Position numbers and translations under genes: made by a program. Source: Candidatus Hydrogenedentota bacterium (GTDB taxonomy: Bacteria > Hydrogenedentota > Hydrogenedentia > Hydrogenedentales > SLHB01). From it: 64,000 nucleotides of DNA. Positions within the stretch are counted from its first letter, which is position 1, and each line of letters opens with the position of its first letter. The stretch is taken from assembly GCA_963668025.2 (NCBI GenBank), contig CAXXTH010000017.1, positions 928,001-992,000 on the forward strand, given 5' to 3'. This document shows positions 31,919-42,186 of this stretch, one piece after another. Under the pieces are notes generated by a model that saw only the letters and a program-made list of their open reading frames with translations, was not told the DNA's origin and did not search any database.

Positions 31919-32734
31919 TTATCCCGGACATGATCTTCGCGGGATTTCTTTGCCCTGCCGCCGCCAGCGGGCGATTTGGCGGGCGCGGCGCTCCGCTTGC
32001 CCTTGCCGCACGCGCTCGAACCACTCTTCCGCCGTATAGCCGGGCGCAGGCTCCATGGCTTGTACAAATGGGCCCAGATAGGAGTCATCTAGAAAATCGC
32101 AGAATGAATCATAAAGCTGTATGTGGTTTTTCAGGCGCATAGGCTCCGTATACGGCTGATCCAGGATAACACTGTCGAGATCAATGAAGTCGAACGAACT
32201 GCCGCCTCGCGTTAGTATATTCTTCCCCGACAGATCGGCATGGCGCGCGCCTGAAGCGCATAACGCCTGGACCGCGTGCGCAAGGCCCCCCAGAAAGACA
32301 TCAAGCGTTGTACGAGCTGCCCCGTCTTGCACCAAGGACTCGGCATGCTGTTCGACCGTGCGCGCGCCATCCAGGTATTCCGACACCATGGCGTTTCCCC
32401 ACATGAACCCGAAACGATTCCATTCCACAAACGCCAGGGGAGCAGGCACGCCGACACCAGCCCGGCGCAGTCTCCAAGCAGAACGCCAAGCCTGGCGGTA
32501 GTGCTCGCGGCAGCAGGTGTGCTTGAGTGGCCCGAGCCCGCCCTCGAACCGGCTTTTTTTGAGGATGCAGCCGCCAATCCGCCACGTAGCCGACTTGCGC
32601 GAGGTTTTCAACAGCACGCCAGGCATGGCCAATGCATCCAGGACGGCATCTAGAGAATAACCGCGCCAGTGCTGAATCCGCATGGCACCGATTCGCGCCG
32701 CCACGATATCTGGGCTATCTGGTTCCGTGCGCAC
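31919..32734 (-). CDS. Kdo/WaaP-family lipopolysaccharide kinase-like protein
   Basis: GVGVPAPLAF, HADLSGKNIL, FIDLD. Confidence 0.75.
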   Translation of the reverse strand: MRTEPDSPDIVAARIGAMRIQHWRGYSLDAVLDALAMPGVLLKTSRKSATWRIGGCILKKSRFEGGLGPLKHTCCREHYRQAWRSAWRLRRAGVGVPAPLAFVEWNRFGFMWGNAMVSEYLDGARTVEQHAESLVQDGAARTTLDVFLGGLAHAVQALCASGARHADLSGKNILTRGGSSFDFIDLDSVILDQPYTEPMRLKNHIQLYDSFCDFLDDSYLGPFVQAMEPAPGYTAEEWFERVRQGQAERRARQIARWRRQGKEIPRRSCPG

Positions 32735-32850
32735 CTGCCGCTCCTATATCTTCACGAGTTTATTTTTCAGTTACATTTTAGCCATCTGAAGCAAAAGCAT
32801 CGGGACGGTTTTTGAGCTTAGAATACATAACAAACCGCCGATGGTGGAGG

Positions 32851-33402
32851 TTTTTTAGACATGCTTTACAAGATGAAACAAGATTTTTTTGATAGCAATT
32901 TTGCTACACAAAAAAACGCGCCCGGACACTTCATAGATTAGCTTTCAAATCTGTAACTAATCCTGGCGATCTTGTCCAATCTTGTTCATCTTGTTAAATC
33001 ATGTCTAAAAAAGAGGTGTAGCTCTGTTATTACCGCTCCCGGAAGAATATATCATGTGTACGTATTGAAGAAATAACGTAAAACCGCCTACCTGTCATCT
33101 CCGCGAACGCGGGGATACAGAGAATTTGCACTGGATTCCCGCTTTCGGGGATTTCCAAAAAAGGAGCTGGCAAGCCCGAGCATGAAAATAGCGGCAAAAG
33201 GATGTAAAAGAGAACAAGAAAGCGGTAGCAAGCTACCGCACTCCATACACGCCCTAAGTGCTTCTTGTGAAAGCATATGGAGTGCGGCAGCTTGCTGCCG
33301 CTTTGGGCGTGCGGTTCTCGCTTGAATGTGCAATTTCGACGCCAAGGCGGTATAAACTCGCTCGTGGGGAGTTTTTGGAAGACCCCTTTCGCGGGAATGA
33401 CA
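32851..33402. repeat. Stack of different palindromic repeats
   Basis: TIR element at 32851-33012; ~80-bp repeat at 33033-33113 matching 26180-26260; TGTCAT..CGCGAA / TTCGCGGGAATGACA element at 33093-33402; doublet AAAGCGGTAGCAAGCTACCGCACTCCATA / TATGGAGTGCGGCAGCTTGCTGCCGCTTT at 33219-33304. Confidence 0.7.
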
Positions 33403-33445
33403 ACAAGGTAGTTTACAAGGTTTTATACAACAAATGCTATTAGTC

Positions 33446-33732
33446 GAGGCATTTGCGAAATAAAGAAAATCCGTATTGACAAGGGTTTACAAAGCGGCGG
33501 AATTGGCGCCTACCCCGGAGAATGCGGGGAAAGGGGCTTGGCGGGGGCATGAATAAGGATTTTTTGTGAAAAATCACCCCAAATGCCCTCGGCGAGCGGG
33601 AAAAGGCGTAACGTCTCCCGTGTGTGATTGTAGTATAGTTGACCACATAACCACGCACACACCAAGGAGACGTTTGCGATGGCCATTATACACCAAATGG
33701 GGTTGTTCTCGTGGAACCAGGTCGACGCGGCG
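33446..33732 (+). mobile_element. Truncated IS-A left end
   Basis: Matches the first 287 bp of IS-A; ends at the ISAs1 IR. Confidence 0.9.
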
Positions 33733-33795
33733 CAGGGCTTACGCATCTAATAGTGCTCAAGAGTCGATTTATCCTGTTGTGCATGATTTTTTCTG

Positions 33796-34095
33796 TCAAC
33801 GTGGCCTGGGATTTTTCGCTTGGGGGAAGGTCTTTGCGCGCTCACGGCGGGTTTGCTTGACGACTTCGTCCACGTAGCGTTCAGCCAGCTTCATGAAAGC
33901 CTGGTAGCCATTGATGGCCTCTTTTAGGAACTCGGTTTCGCGCGCCGGCACATAGCGAACCACGTTCTTCTCGTTCTCCCAGCTCTGGTGGTTAAAGTGG
34001 GGACGCCCGCCCATTTGACAGAGCTTTCCGCGCTCCATCCGCTCAATCTGCGCCATGCGCTCCAGCAATGCTTGCATCTTTTTGGTGTGCTTCAT
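33796..34095 (-). CDS. Small passenger ORF of the ISAs1 element (DUF6788-like)
   Basis: MERGKLCQM...HQSWENEKNVVRYVP; identical in both copies. Confidence 0.7.
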   Translation of the reverse strand: MKHTKKMQALLERMAQIERMERGKLCQMGGRPHFNHQSWENEKNVVRYVPARETEFLKEAINGYQAFMKLAERYVDEVVKQTRRERAKTFPQAKNPRPR

Positions 34096-34166
34096 GGATT
34101 TTAATATATAGAATTCTATATACTAGAGTCAACAGTGCTTCGGCGCATGAATGAAAGGAGCACCCC

Positions 34167-35333
34167 ATGACCGCTGAAAAGAAATCCCTGCCCAAGCCCA
34201 AGCCTATTATCGAGTGTTTCGCGGGCCTGCCTGATCCCCGCATGGACCGGACCCGCAGGCACAACTTCATTGACATCTTGATGATTGGGCTATGCTCAGC
34301 CCTCGTGGGCGGGGAGAGCTTTTCGGATATGGAGCGCTTCGGCTGGCTCCGGGAGGATTGGCTGAAGGGCTTCCTGGAATTGCCCGGCGGCATCCCCTCG
34401 CACGACACCTTCAACCGGGTCTTTTCCGCCCTCGACCCCCATGCCTTTCTGGAATGCTTCGGCCAATGGGTGCAGGGCATTTGCCCCAATCTGAGCGATG
34501 AGGTCGCCGCCATTGACGGCAAAGCCCTGCGGCGCGCCTTGAATCAGGGGGAGGCCATCCCCTACATCGTCAGCGCATGGGCTTGCGAGCACGGCCTGGC
34601 GCTGGGGCAGGTCAAGGTGGACGAGAAATCCAACGAAATCACCGCCGTCCCCAAACTCCTCAACGCCTTAAAGCTCAAGGGAGCCATCGTCACCCTGGAC
34701 GCCATGGGCTGCCAGAAGGATATCGCCTCCCACATTATCCAACGGCAGGCCGACTACGTGCTGGCCCTCAAAGGCAACCACGCCACCGCCCTAGAAGAAG
34801 TGAAGGCCTTTTTCAAGGACGCCGTTCCCCCTTGCGCCACCCAGTGCGCGCCAACAGCCGACGCCACACGGATGGATTTCCACCAGACCATCGACAAGGG
34901 GCATGGCCGCATCGAAACCCGCCGATACTGGCAATCCACCGACTTGGGCTGGTTCGAGGACAAAGGACTTTGGAAGGGCCTCAAGAGTTTCGGCATGGTC
35001 GAGTCCATCCGCAAGGAAAAAGGGAAGAACACCATCGAGCGGCGCTACTACTTGAGCAGCCTGCCCCTCGACGCACGACGATTCGCCCACGCCGTGCGTG
35101 GACACTGGGGCGTGGAAAACAATTTGCACTGGCGCCTAGACATTATCTTTCGCGAAGACGACAACCGCGCCCCGAACAAGAAACGCCGCCCAGAATCTCG
35201 CCTCCTTGAGGAGAATTACACTCAACCTCCTCAAGAAAGACAAGACCAACAAAGATTTCCTCAGGGGCAAGCGCTTCGCTGCTGCACTCGACCCCGAATA
35301 CCTTCTACGTTTACTGGGAATTTAGATGCGTAA
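34167..35333 (+). pseudogene. ISAs1 transposase frameshifted near the C-terminus
   Basis: GIPSHDTF, AIDGKALR, KSNEITAVP, HWGVENNLHW; an extra C (CGCGCCCCGAAC versus CGCGCCCGAAC in copy 2) alters the last ~55 residues. Could be a sequencing error. Confidence 0.8.
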
Positions 35334-35346
35334 GCCCTGACACCAG

Positions 35347-37168
35347 GAGGCATTTGCGAAATAAAGAAAATCCGTATTGACAAGGGTTTACAAAGCGGCG
35401 GAATTGGCGCCTACCCCGGAGAATGCGGGGAAAGGGGCTTGGCGGGGGCATGAATAAGGATTTTTTGTGAAAAATCACCCCAAATGCCCTCGGCGAGCGG
35501 GAAAAGGCGTAACGTCTCCCGTGTGTGATTGTAGTATAGTTGACCACATAACCACGCACACACCAAGGAGACGTTTGCGATGGCCATTATACACCAAATG
35601 GGGTTGTTCTCGTGGAACCAGGTCGACGCGGCGTCGGATCTGGATCGGCTGAACCTGTTGCTGGCGGCGCTGCCGGATGAAGATTTGATGCGGGCGATGG
35701 AAGCCGAACGCAAGGGGCGGCGCGACGATTATCCTATCCGCGCGATGTGGAACAGCATACTGGCGGGGATCGTCTTCCAGCACGACGGCGTCGAAAGCCT
35801 GCGCCGCGAACTAGCCCGAAACGGGCAATTGCGCCAGTTGTGCGGATTCGACGTGTTGCGGGGCGCCAAGGCGGTCCCGCCCGAATGGGTGTACACGCGG
35901 TTCTTCGCCAGATTACTGCGCCACTGGAAAGAAGTGGACCGGATGTTCGACGCGCTCATCGTCCGGCTGATGGAACGCTTGCCGGATCTCGGGGTGCGTC
36001 TGGCCGTAGACTCGAAAGCCATCCAAACCCACGCCAAGCCTCCGCGCAAAGACGCGGTCCTGGAAAACGAAGAGCCGGACGGGCGGCGCGACCGCGACGC
36101 AGACTGGGGCACGAAAACCTACAAGGGCGTTCACAAGGACGGCACGCCCTGGGAGAAGGTCAAACGGTGGTTCGGCTACAAGCTGCACCTCATCGTGGAC
36201 ACGAAATACGAATTGCCGCTGGGCTACGCGGTCACGAAAGCCAGCGCCAACGACTCGCCCTTTCTGCTGCCCCTCGTGGCGGCTCTCGACGCGCGCCACC
36301 CCGAACTCGTCCAACGCGCCGAGTACCTCAGCGCCGACAAGGGCTATGATTCCGAAGCCAACAACAAGGGCCTCTTCGAGGAACATGAAATCCGGCCCAT
36401 CGTGGACATCCGGGCGACCTGGAAAGAAGAACCGGAACGGCCCCGCCCTTTATATCCCGAACGGGTAGACACGATCTTCCATACCGAACGAGGTGAAGTC
36501 CTCTGCCGGTGTCGTAACGGCGCCCCAAACGAACGCGACAACTATGATTCCATGGCCTACCAAGGATTCGAGCAAGATCGGGGAACCTTGAAATACCGTT
36601 GCCCAGCCAAGGCACGCGGGAGCGCCTGTACCCAGCAAGACCTCTGCAACCAAGGATGCCAGCCCGAACACGGACGGATTGTCCGCGTGCCCATCGCTAT
36701 CGACCGGCGCATCTTTACCCCCCTGCCCCGCAGCGCCAAATCCTGGCGCCGCGAATACAAACACCGCACCGCCATCGAGCGAGTCAACAGCCGACTCGAC
36801 GGCGCATACGGATTCGAGCGCCACTACATCCGCGGTATGAAAAAGATGCGCGCCCGCACCGGATTAGCCCTCCTCGTCATGCTCGGCATGGCCCTGGGAT
36901 GGCTCGAAGCCGGCCAGGCAGAACGCATGCGCTCGCTCCTCGGACAGCCCCGCGCCGCATAGATCACATCGAATCCGCACAAGCAATGATGGCCCGAATC
37001 AAGGGCAAACCATGCCCATTCGGGCCGCAAGGGTCCTACACGCGAACCTCCTGCATGATTTATTGCACCCGTAGCGGAGGCGTAATCCCATTGCCACAGG
37101 CGAAAACCGCTCCGCGTGTGCCCGCACCGTCCGCGCGTTCGCAAACCACGCTATTTCGCAAATGCCTC
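35347..37168 (+). mobile_element. IS-A, intact second copy, 1822 bp
   Basis: Same IRs and identical protein to 23800-25621. Confidence 0.92.
35580..36962 (+). CDS. IS-A DDE transposase
   Basis: Identical translation to 24033-25415. Confidence 0.92.
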   Translation: MAIIHQMGLFSWNQVDAASDLDRLNLLLAALPDEDLMRAMEAERKGRRDDYPIRAMWNSILAGIVFQHDGVESLRRELARNGQLRQLCGFDVLRGAKAVPPEWVYTRFFARLLRHWKEVDRMFDALIVRLMERLPDLGVRLAVDSKAIQTHAKPPRKDAVLENEEPDGRRDRDADWGTKTYKGVHKDGTPWEKVKRWFGYKLHLIVDTKYELPLGYAVTKASANDSPFLLPLVAALDARHPELVQRAEYLSADKGYDSEANNKGLFEEHEIRPIVDIRATWKEEPERPRPLYPERVDTIFHTERGEVLCRCRNGAPNERDNYDSMAYQGFEQDRGTLKYRCPAKARGSACTQQDLCNQGCQPEHGRIVRVPIAIDRRIFTPLPRSAKSWRREYKHRTAIERVNSRLDGAYGFERHYIRGMKKMRARTGLALLVMLGMALGWLEAGQAERMRSLLGQPRAA

Positions 37169-37483
37169 TTAGTCGGTGGGGCAAATCCGCCATGTATTTT
37201 GGTTCATAAGCGCGCTCAAGAACGGCTCCAAATAAATTGCGGCTATCCCTCGGCAAGGCGAATGGAGCGGTAATGACAGAGCGGCACCCTCTTTAAAGGG
37301 AACAAAAAAAGCAAGACAATGGGCGCAAGCATCCGATGCGATAGGCGCTAACACTAGGGAGGGATGAAATAATTTGGCAATTGAACTATTTTTCTCTTTA
37401 AATGAGATATTCAATGGATGTAGATTGGAATAGTACTTCCATTTTGTTCGACTTGATATCAACAGAAGAGGAGGATTAGAAGA

Positions 37484-37776
37484 ATGCTACTGATGTTGTT
37501 TGTCTTATGCATTATTTTGACTATTTCCACGATCACCGTATCTGCATTATTTTTGCAGCATAGGAAGTATTCCGAGCAATACAAATCTATGCTTGATTCA
37601 CTAAATCAAAAATACCTGCTAGATCATAACCAATGGACGGAATACACAAACAATCTCAAAAAAGAACTGCAAAGGCTATCGAAATGGCAAATTGTGGCGG
37701 ACGCGGACGTGAAAGCCAAAGAGCTCATTCAGGAAGCTAGAAGTATTCTAGATCGAGCAAATAGAGAGACTTCACA
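37484..37776 (+). pseudogene. 5' fragment of an AT-rich TM/coiled-coil gene (resembles the N-terminus of DUF4041/T5orf172 proteins), truncated by ISKra4
   Basis: GAGGAGG RBS, TM segment, LQRLSKWQIVADADVKAKELI; breaks at the IS IR. Confidence 0.5.
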
Positions 37777-39148
37777 GGGGTGCTCCCTCAATATGATAAC
37801 CTCAATTGACCCCGTGGCGGGCCACGTGTTGCCAGAACTGGTCCCAACGGCCCTCGGTCATCTCCAGCGACCTGAGCGCGATCACCGCGCTCGCGCCCGC
37901 TTCCTTCCACCGCATCCCGGAGCATGCCAGGCGTTGCTTGATCAGCGTCTTGCACGCCGCCTCCGTCACTCCGCTGCCGATGGGAAGGCGCTCCGCCGTG
38001 TGCCGCCAGTATTGCATCTTCGAGCGGTGATTGCCGAAGTAGGTGATCGCCTTGCCGAGTTCCTCGCGGCAAGCCTGGGCGCGCACGCTTGGCAAGCTCG
38101 CCTTCATCTCCTCCAGCAAGCGTCCGGCTGCGCCCCTCGTGTGCTTCAGCCGGTGACTCCAGTCCGCCTCCCACTCCCGGCGGCGCGCGCCATGACCGTG
38201 AATCGCCTCCGCCGCCTTCCCCACGTATTCCCGCGCGTGATAGAAATCCAGCATCTGCCGGTCCGTGCGCGGCGTCAAAAACTTCCAGTTGTCCGGCGCG
38301 CCGTCGGCCAGGCCGATATACAGCGCCGCCGGGTGCCTCGCCCTCACGCGCTCCACCTCGCGGCCGAAGCGCTCGAGGAAAGTCTGCTTGCCGTACTCGG
38401 GCGATGCGCCCGCGTAGATCGTGTGCAGCCGCTCCCCGTCCTTGTCGTACAGGCTGATGGACCCGCACATCGCCTGACGCCAGCCGTCCTCCCTGAGCAG
38501 CATGCAGGTGCCGTCCAGGCCCACGGCCACCGACGCGACCGGCCTGTCCAATTCCGGCAGCTCGTACTCCCACGTCTCCTCCCTGGCCTGCGCCAGGGCG
38601 CCCACAAAATCGCCGATCTTCTTCACATAGTCGCGCGAGATTGCGCGGCCTGTCGACTCGAGCAGGTCGCGGCGCATGACATCGGCGCCCATGCGGGAGT
38701 ATTTTCCGCTGACGATCCGGGCGTAGCGCGGCGTGGCGTTCATGACCATTCGCGCGTCCCGCTCCAGCGGGCAGAAGGTGCGCCCGCCCGTGGCGGTGTT
38801 CTGGTAGACGTGCCGCTCGACGCGGACCGGGCCGTGGGGCGTCTCGTAGGTCTGGCCGAAGCGCCCCTTGGTTTTGAAGGTGGTGGCGCCGACGCGGATG
38901 GGCGAGCCGTCTGTGTCGAAACGGGCCAGGGCCTCGGCCATGACTGCGCGCCCCACCCCGTTCAGGGCCTCCTGGACCGCCTCCTCCATATCGAGCATCG
39001 AACCACGCAGCCTCAGCGAGAAACTCACCTCGAACGTGTCGCCGTCGCGCCTTGTCACCATCGCTGCCATCGGTCTTCCTCCGTTAAGGGTCCGGCATAC
39101 TTATCGACCCGACACGAGGATTTCTTTAGCATTCTGCGGGAACACCCC
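37777..39148 (-). mobile_element. ISKra4-family element (no TSD)
   Basis: Imperfect IR GGGGTGCTCCCTCAATATG / GGGGTGTTCCCGCAGAATG. Confidence 0.82.
37802..39070 (-). CDS. ISKra4-family transposase
   Basis: GLDGT, LADGAPDNW, LDFYHAREY, PIGSGVTEAACKTLIKQRL. Confidence 0.9.
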   Translation of the reverse strand: MAAMVTRRDGDTFEVSFSLRLRGSMLDMEEAVQEALNGVGRAVMAEALARFDTDGSPIRVGATTFKTKGRFGQTYETPHGPVRVERHVYQNTATGGRTFCPLERDARMVMNATPRYARIVSGKYSRMGADVMRRDLLESTGRAISRDYVKKIGDFVGALAQAREETWEYELPELDRPVASVAVGLDGTCMLLREDGWRQAMCGSISLYDKDGERLHTIYAGASPEYGKQTFLERFGREVERVRARHPAALYIGLADGAPDNWKFLTPRTDRQMLDFYHAREYVGKAAEAIHGHGARRREWEADWSHRLKHTRGAAGRLLEEMKASLPSVRAQACREELGKAITYFGNHRSKMQYWRHTAERLPIGSGVTEAACKTLIKQRLACSGMRWKEAGASAVIALRSLEMTEGRWDQFWQHVARHGVN

Positions 39149-39348
39149 TCCCAACCACGAATAGACACCAATCAACGCCAATGTAGAGCGGCATTCCTGC
39201 TATGCACTTTTTCTGGGCATCATCAGCGTAATCGGTAGAAAATCAGAACTGGTATTATTGGAGAGCATTGGAGCTCATTCGTGGTTCAAAATCCGGATCT
39301 TTGCTTGCGGCCATACCGCGCTGCGAGAATTTGTGGGCGTTTGAGCAC

Positions 39349-39540
39349 TAGCTCAACTTTCGCAGTTAGTGGTTGGATTTGCTGTGAACAGGGGTAAATC
39401 GCATCCATAAGCTTTCATACGTCCAGCAAAATGAATGAGGGCGGTTTCGCCGCCTATGAAAACAGCGGTGTAGTGAAGACTTTTGATACTCGATCCAACA
39501 AAATCAACCACTTACAAAAATAACTGCGGAAGTTGGGTTA
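39349..39540. mobile_element. MITE-like element (about 190 bp)
   Basis: TAGCTCAACTTTCGCAGTTA ... TAACTGCGGAAGTTGGGTTA terminal IR; non-coding interior. Confidence 0.6.
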
Positions 39541-40657
39541 AGCTCCAGCTTCTGTAGAAAACAACAAGAAGCTTTGAACCTAAAAACGCCAGTTGAATCT
39601 TGAGTGTCGAGCAGGAAGTAGTTCAAGATAAAGAACATGGAAACAGAATCGCAACAGCAAGATGCTCCCCCATTGGGAGAGGAGGAATGGTTGTCTTTGG
39701 AGGCGCCGATTTTCGTAGATAGCTACGGGGGCCGGGTGCATGTGGAATGGGACCGGGAGGCGGCAACGACGCCGTTTGGCCAGTTGGCGTTCTTTATCGA
39801 TTTCCTCAAGACGGCGGAGCTTTTTGAAGCGTGGGTGGAGGACTGTCCGCTGGCGTACGCCAGCAATAATGCGCCGCGCAAGAGGGATGTGCTGGGCACG
39901 CTATTTTTATCAGTGCTGGCGGGCCACACCCGCTATGCGCACATTGACGCGGTCCGTTACGACGCGGTGAACCCGGGCTTGCTGGGTATGAGCAAGATCA
40001 TGAGCGCCTCCTCGGCGCGGCGGGCATTTATACTGGCGGACGGGGAAGCCTGCGCGGGCTGGCTACAGAAGCACCTGCGCCGCTGTTATGAGCCGTTGCT
40101 TTATGAGCCTTGGATTTTGGACGTGGATACAAGCGTGAAGCCCCTGTTCGGCCATCAAGAAGGGGCCGTGCTGGGCTACAATCCGGCGAAACAGGGCCGT
40201 CCTTCTCATGTGCTGCATACCTATTTTATGGCGAACACGCGCTTGGTGCTGGACGTGGAAGTCCGGCCGGGCAACGAGACGGCGGCGAAATACACCATGC
40301 CTGGATTGTGGCATTTTCTCGATGGCTTGCCGCGCGCGGCCTGGCCGGGCATGATTCGCGGCGACTGCGCCTTCGGCAACGAACGCGACATGAGCGAAGC
40401 CGAAGCGCGCGGAGTGCCCTATCTGTTCAAATTGCGGCAGACCAGCAACGTGAAACGGCTTATCCAGCAGGCCTTTTGTTCTAAGGACTGGACGCCAGCA
40501 GGCCAAGGCTGGGAAGGTTTGGAAGACCGTCTGGAGCTTATGGGATGGACGAGCAAACGCCGGATAATCGTTCTGCGGCGCAAGCTCAAAGGGAGTATCG
40601 TTCTGGAAACGGAGCCGCTATTGCCTGACCCCTCCCCCCAACTCAGGGCTTACGCAT

Positions 40658-41815
40658 CTAAATTCCCAGTAAACGTAGAAGGTATTCGGGGTCGAGTGCA
40701 GCAGCGAAGCGCTTGCCCCTGAGGAAATCTTTGTTGGTCTTGTCTTTCTTGAGGAGGTTGAGTGTAATTCTCCTCAAGGAGGCGAGATTCTGGGCGGCGT
40801 TTCTTGTTCGGGCGCGGTTGTCGTCTTCGCGAAAGATAATGTCTAGGCGCCAGTGCAAATTGTTTTCCACGCCCCAGTGTCCACGCACGGCGTGGGCGAA
40901 TCGTCGTGCGTCGAGGGGCAGGCTGCTCAAGTAGTAGCGCCGCTCGATGGTGTTCTTCCCTTTTTCCTTGCGGATGGACTCGACCATGCCGAAACTCTTG
41001 AGGCCCTTCCAAAGTCCTTTGTCCTCGAACCAGCCCAAGTCGGTGGATTGCCAGTATCGGCGGGTTTCGATGCGGCCATGCCCCTTGTCGATGGTCTGGT
41101 GGAAATCCATCCGTGTGGCGTCGGCTGTTGGCGCGCACTGGGTGGCGCAAGGGGGAACGGCGTCCTTGAAAAAGGCCTTCACTTCTTCTAGGGCGGTGGC
41201 GTGGTTGCCTTTGAGGGCCAGCACGTAGTCGGCCTGCCGTTGGATAATGTGGGAGGCGATATCCTTCTGGCAGCCCATGGCGTCCAGGGTGACGATGGCT
41301 CCCTTGAGCTTTAAGGCGTTGAGGAGTTTGGGGACGGCGGTGATTTCGTTGGATTTCTCGTCCACCTTGACCTGCCCCAGCGCCAGGCCGTGCTCGCAAG
41401 CCCATGCGCTGACGATGTAGGGGATGGCCTCCCCCTGATTCAAGGCGCGCCGCAGGGCTTTGCCGTCAATGGCGGCGACCTCATCGCTCAGATTGGGGCA
41501 AATGCCCTGCACCCATTGGCCGAAGCATTCCAGAAAGGCATGGGGGTCGAGGGCGGAAAAGACCCGGTTGAAGGTGTCGTGCGAGGGGATGCCGCCGGGC
41601 AATTCCAGGAAGCCCTTCAGCCAATCCTCCCGGAGCCAGCCGAAGCGCTCCATATCCGAAAAGCTCTCCCCGCCCACGAGGGCTGAGCATAGCCCAATCA
41701 TCAAGATGTCAATGAAGTTGTGCCTGCGGGTCCGGTCCATGCGGGGATCAGGCAGGCCCGCGAAACACTCGATAATAGGCTTGGGCTTGGGCAGGGATTT
41801 CTTTTCAGCGGTCAT
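40658..41815 (-). CDS. ISAs1 transposase, intact
   Basis: Full motifs plus the normal C-terminus FREDDNRARTRNAAQNLASLRR. Confidence 0.93.
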   Translation of the reverse strand: MTAEKKSLPKPKPIIECFAGLPDPRMDRTRRHNFIDILMIGLCSALVGGESFSDMERFGWLREDWLKGFLELPGGIPSHDTFNRVFSALDPHAFLECFGQWVQGICPNLSDEVAAIDGKALRRALNQGEAIPYIVSAWACEHGLALGQVKVDEKSNEITAVPKLLNALKLKGAIVTLDAMGCQKDIASHIIQRQADYVLALKGNHATALEEVKAFFKDAVPPCATQCAPTADATRMDFHQTIDKGHGRIETRRYWQSTDLGWFEDKGLWKGLKSFGMVESIRKEKGKNTIERRYYLSSLPLDARRFAHAVRGHWGVENNLHWRLDIIFREDDNRARTRNAAQNLASLRRITLNLLKKDKTNKDFLRGKRFAAALDPEYLLRLLGI

Positions 41816-41886
41816 GGGGTGCTCCTTTCATTCATGCGCCGAAGCACTGTTGACTCTAGTATATAGAATTCTATATATTAAAATCC

Positions 41887-42186
41887 ATGAAGCACACCAA
41901 AAAGATGCAAGCATTGCTGGAGCGCATGGCGCAGATTGAGCGGATGGAGCGCGGAAAGCTCTGTCAAATGGGCGGGCGTCCCCACTTTAACCACCAGAGC
42001 TGGGAGAACGAGAAGAACGTGGTTCGCTATGTGCCGGCGCGCGAAACCGAGTTCCTAAAAGAGGCCATCAATGGCTACCAGGCTTTCATGAAGCTGGCTG
42101 AACGCTACGTGGACGAAGTCGTCAAGCAAACCCGCCGTGAGCGCGCAAAGACCTTCCCCCAAGCGAAAAATCCCAGGCCACGTTGA
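41887..42186 (+). CDS. Passenger ORF of ISAs1 (DUF6788-like)
   Basis: Identical to 33796-34095. Confidence 0.7.
   Translation: MKHTKKMQALLERMAQIERMERGKLCQMGGRPHFNHQSWENEKNVVRYVPARETEFLKEAINGYQAFMKLAERYVDEVVKQTRRERAKTFPQAKNPRPR

Larger units (their letters stand above)
33733..35339 (+). mobile_element. ISAs1-family element, copy 1 (no TSD)
   Basis: 18-bp IR CAGGGCTTACGCATCTAA; inverted copy of 40644-42249. Confidence 0.92.

Noticed and set aside
37484-39238. 584-aa ORF as a real protein
   Set aside because: It is a chimera of a truncated gene and the antisense strand of the ISKra4 transposase.
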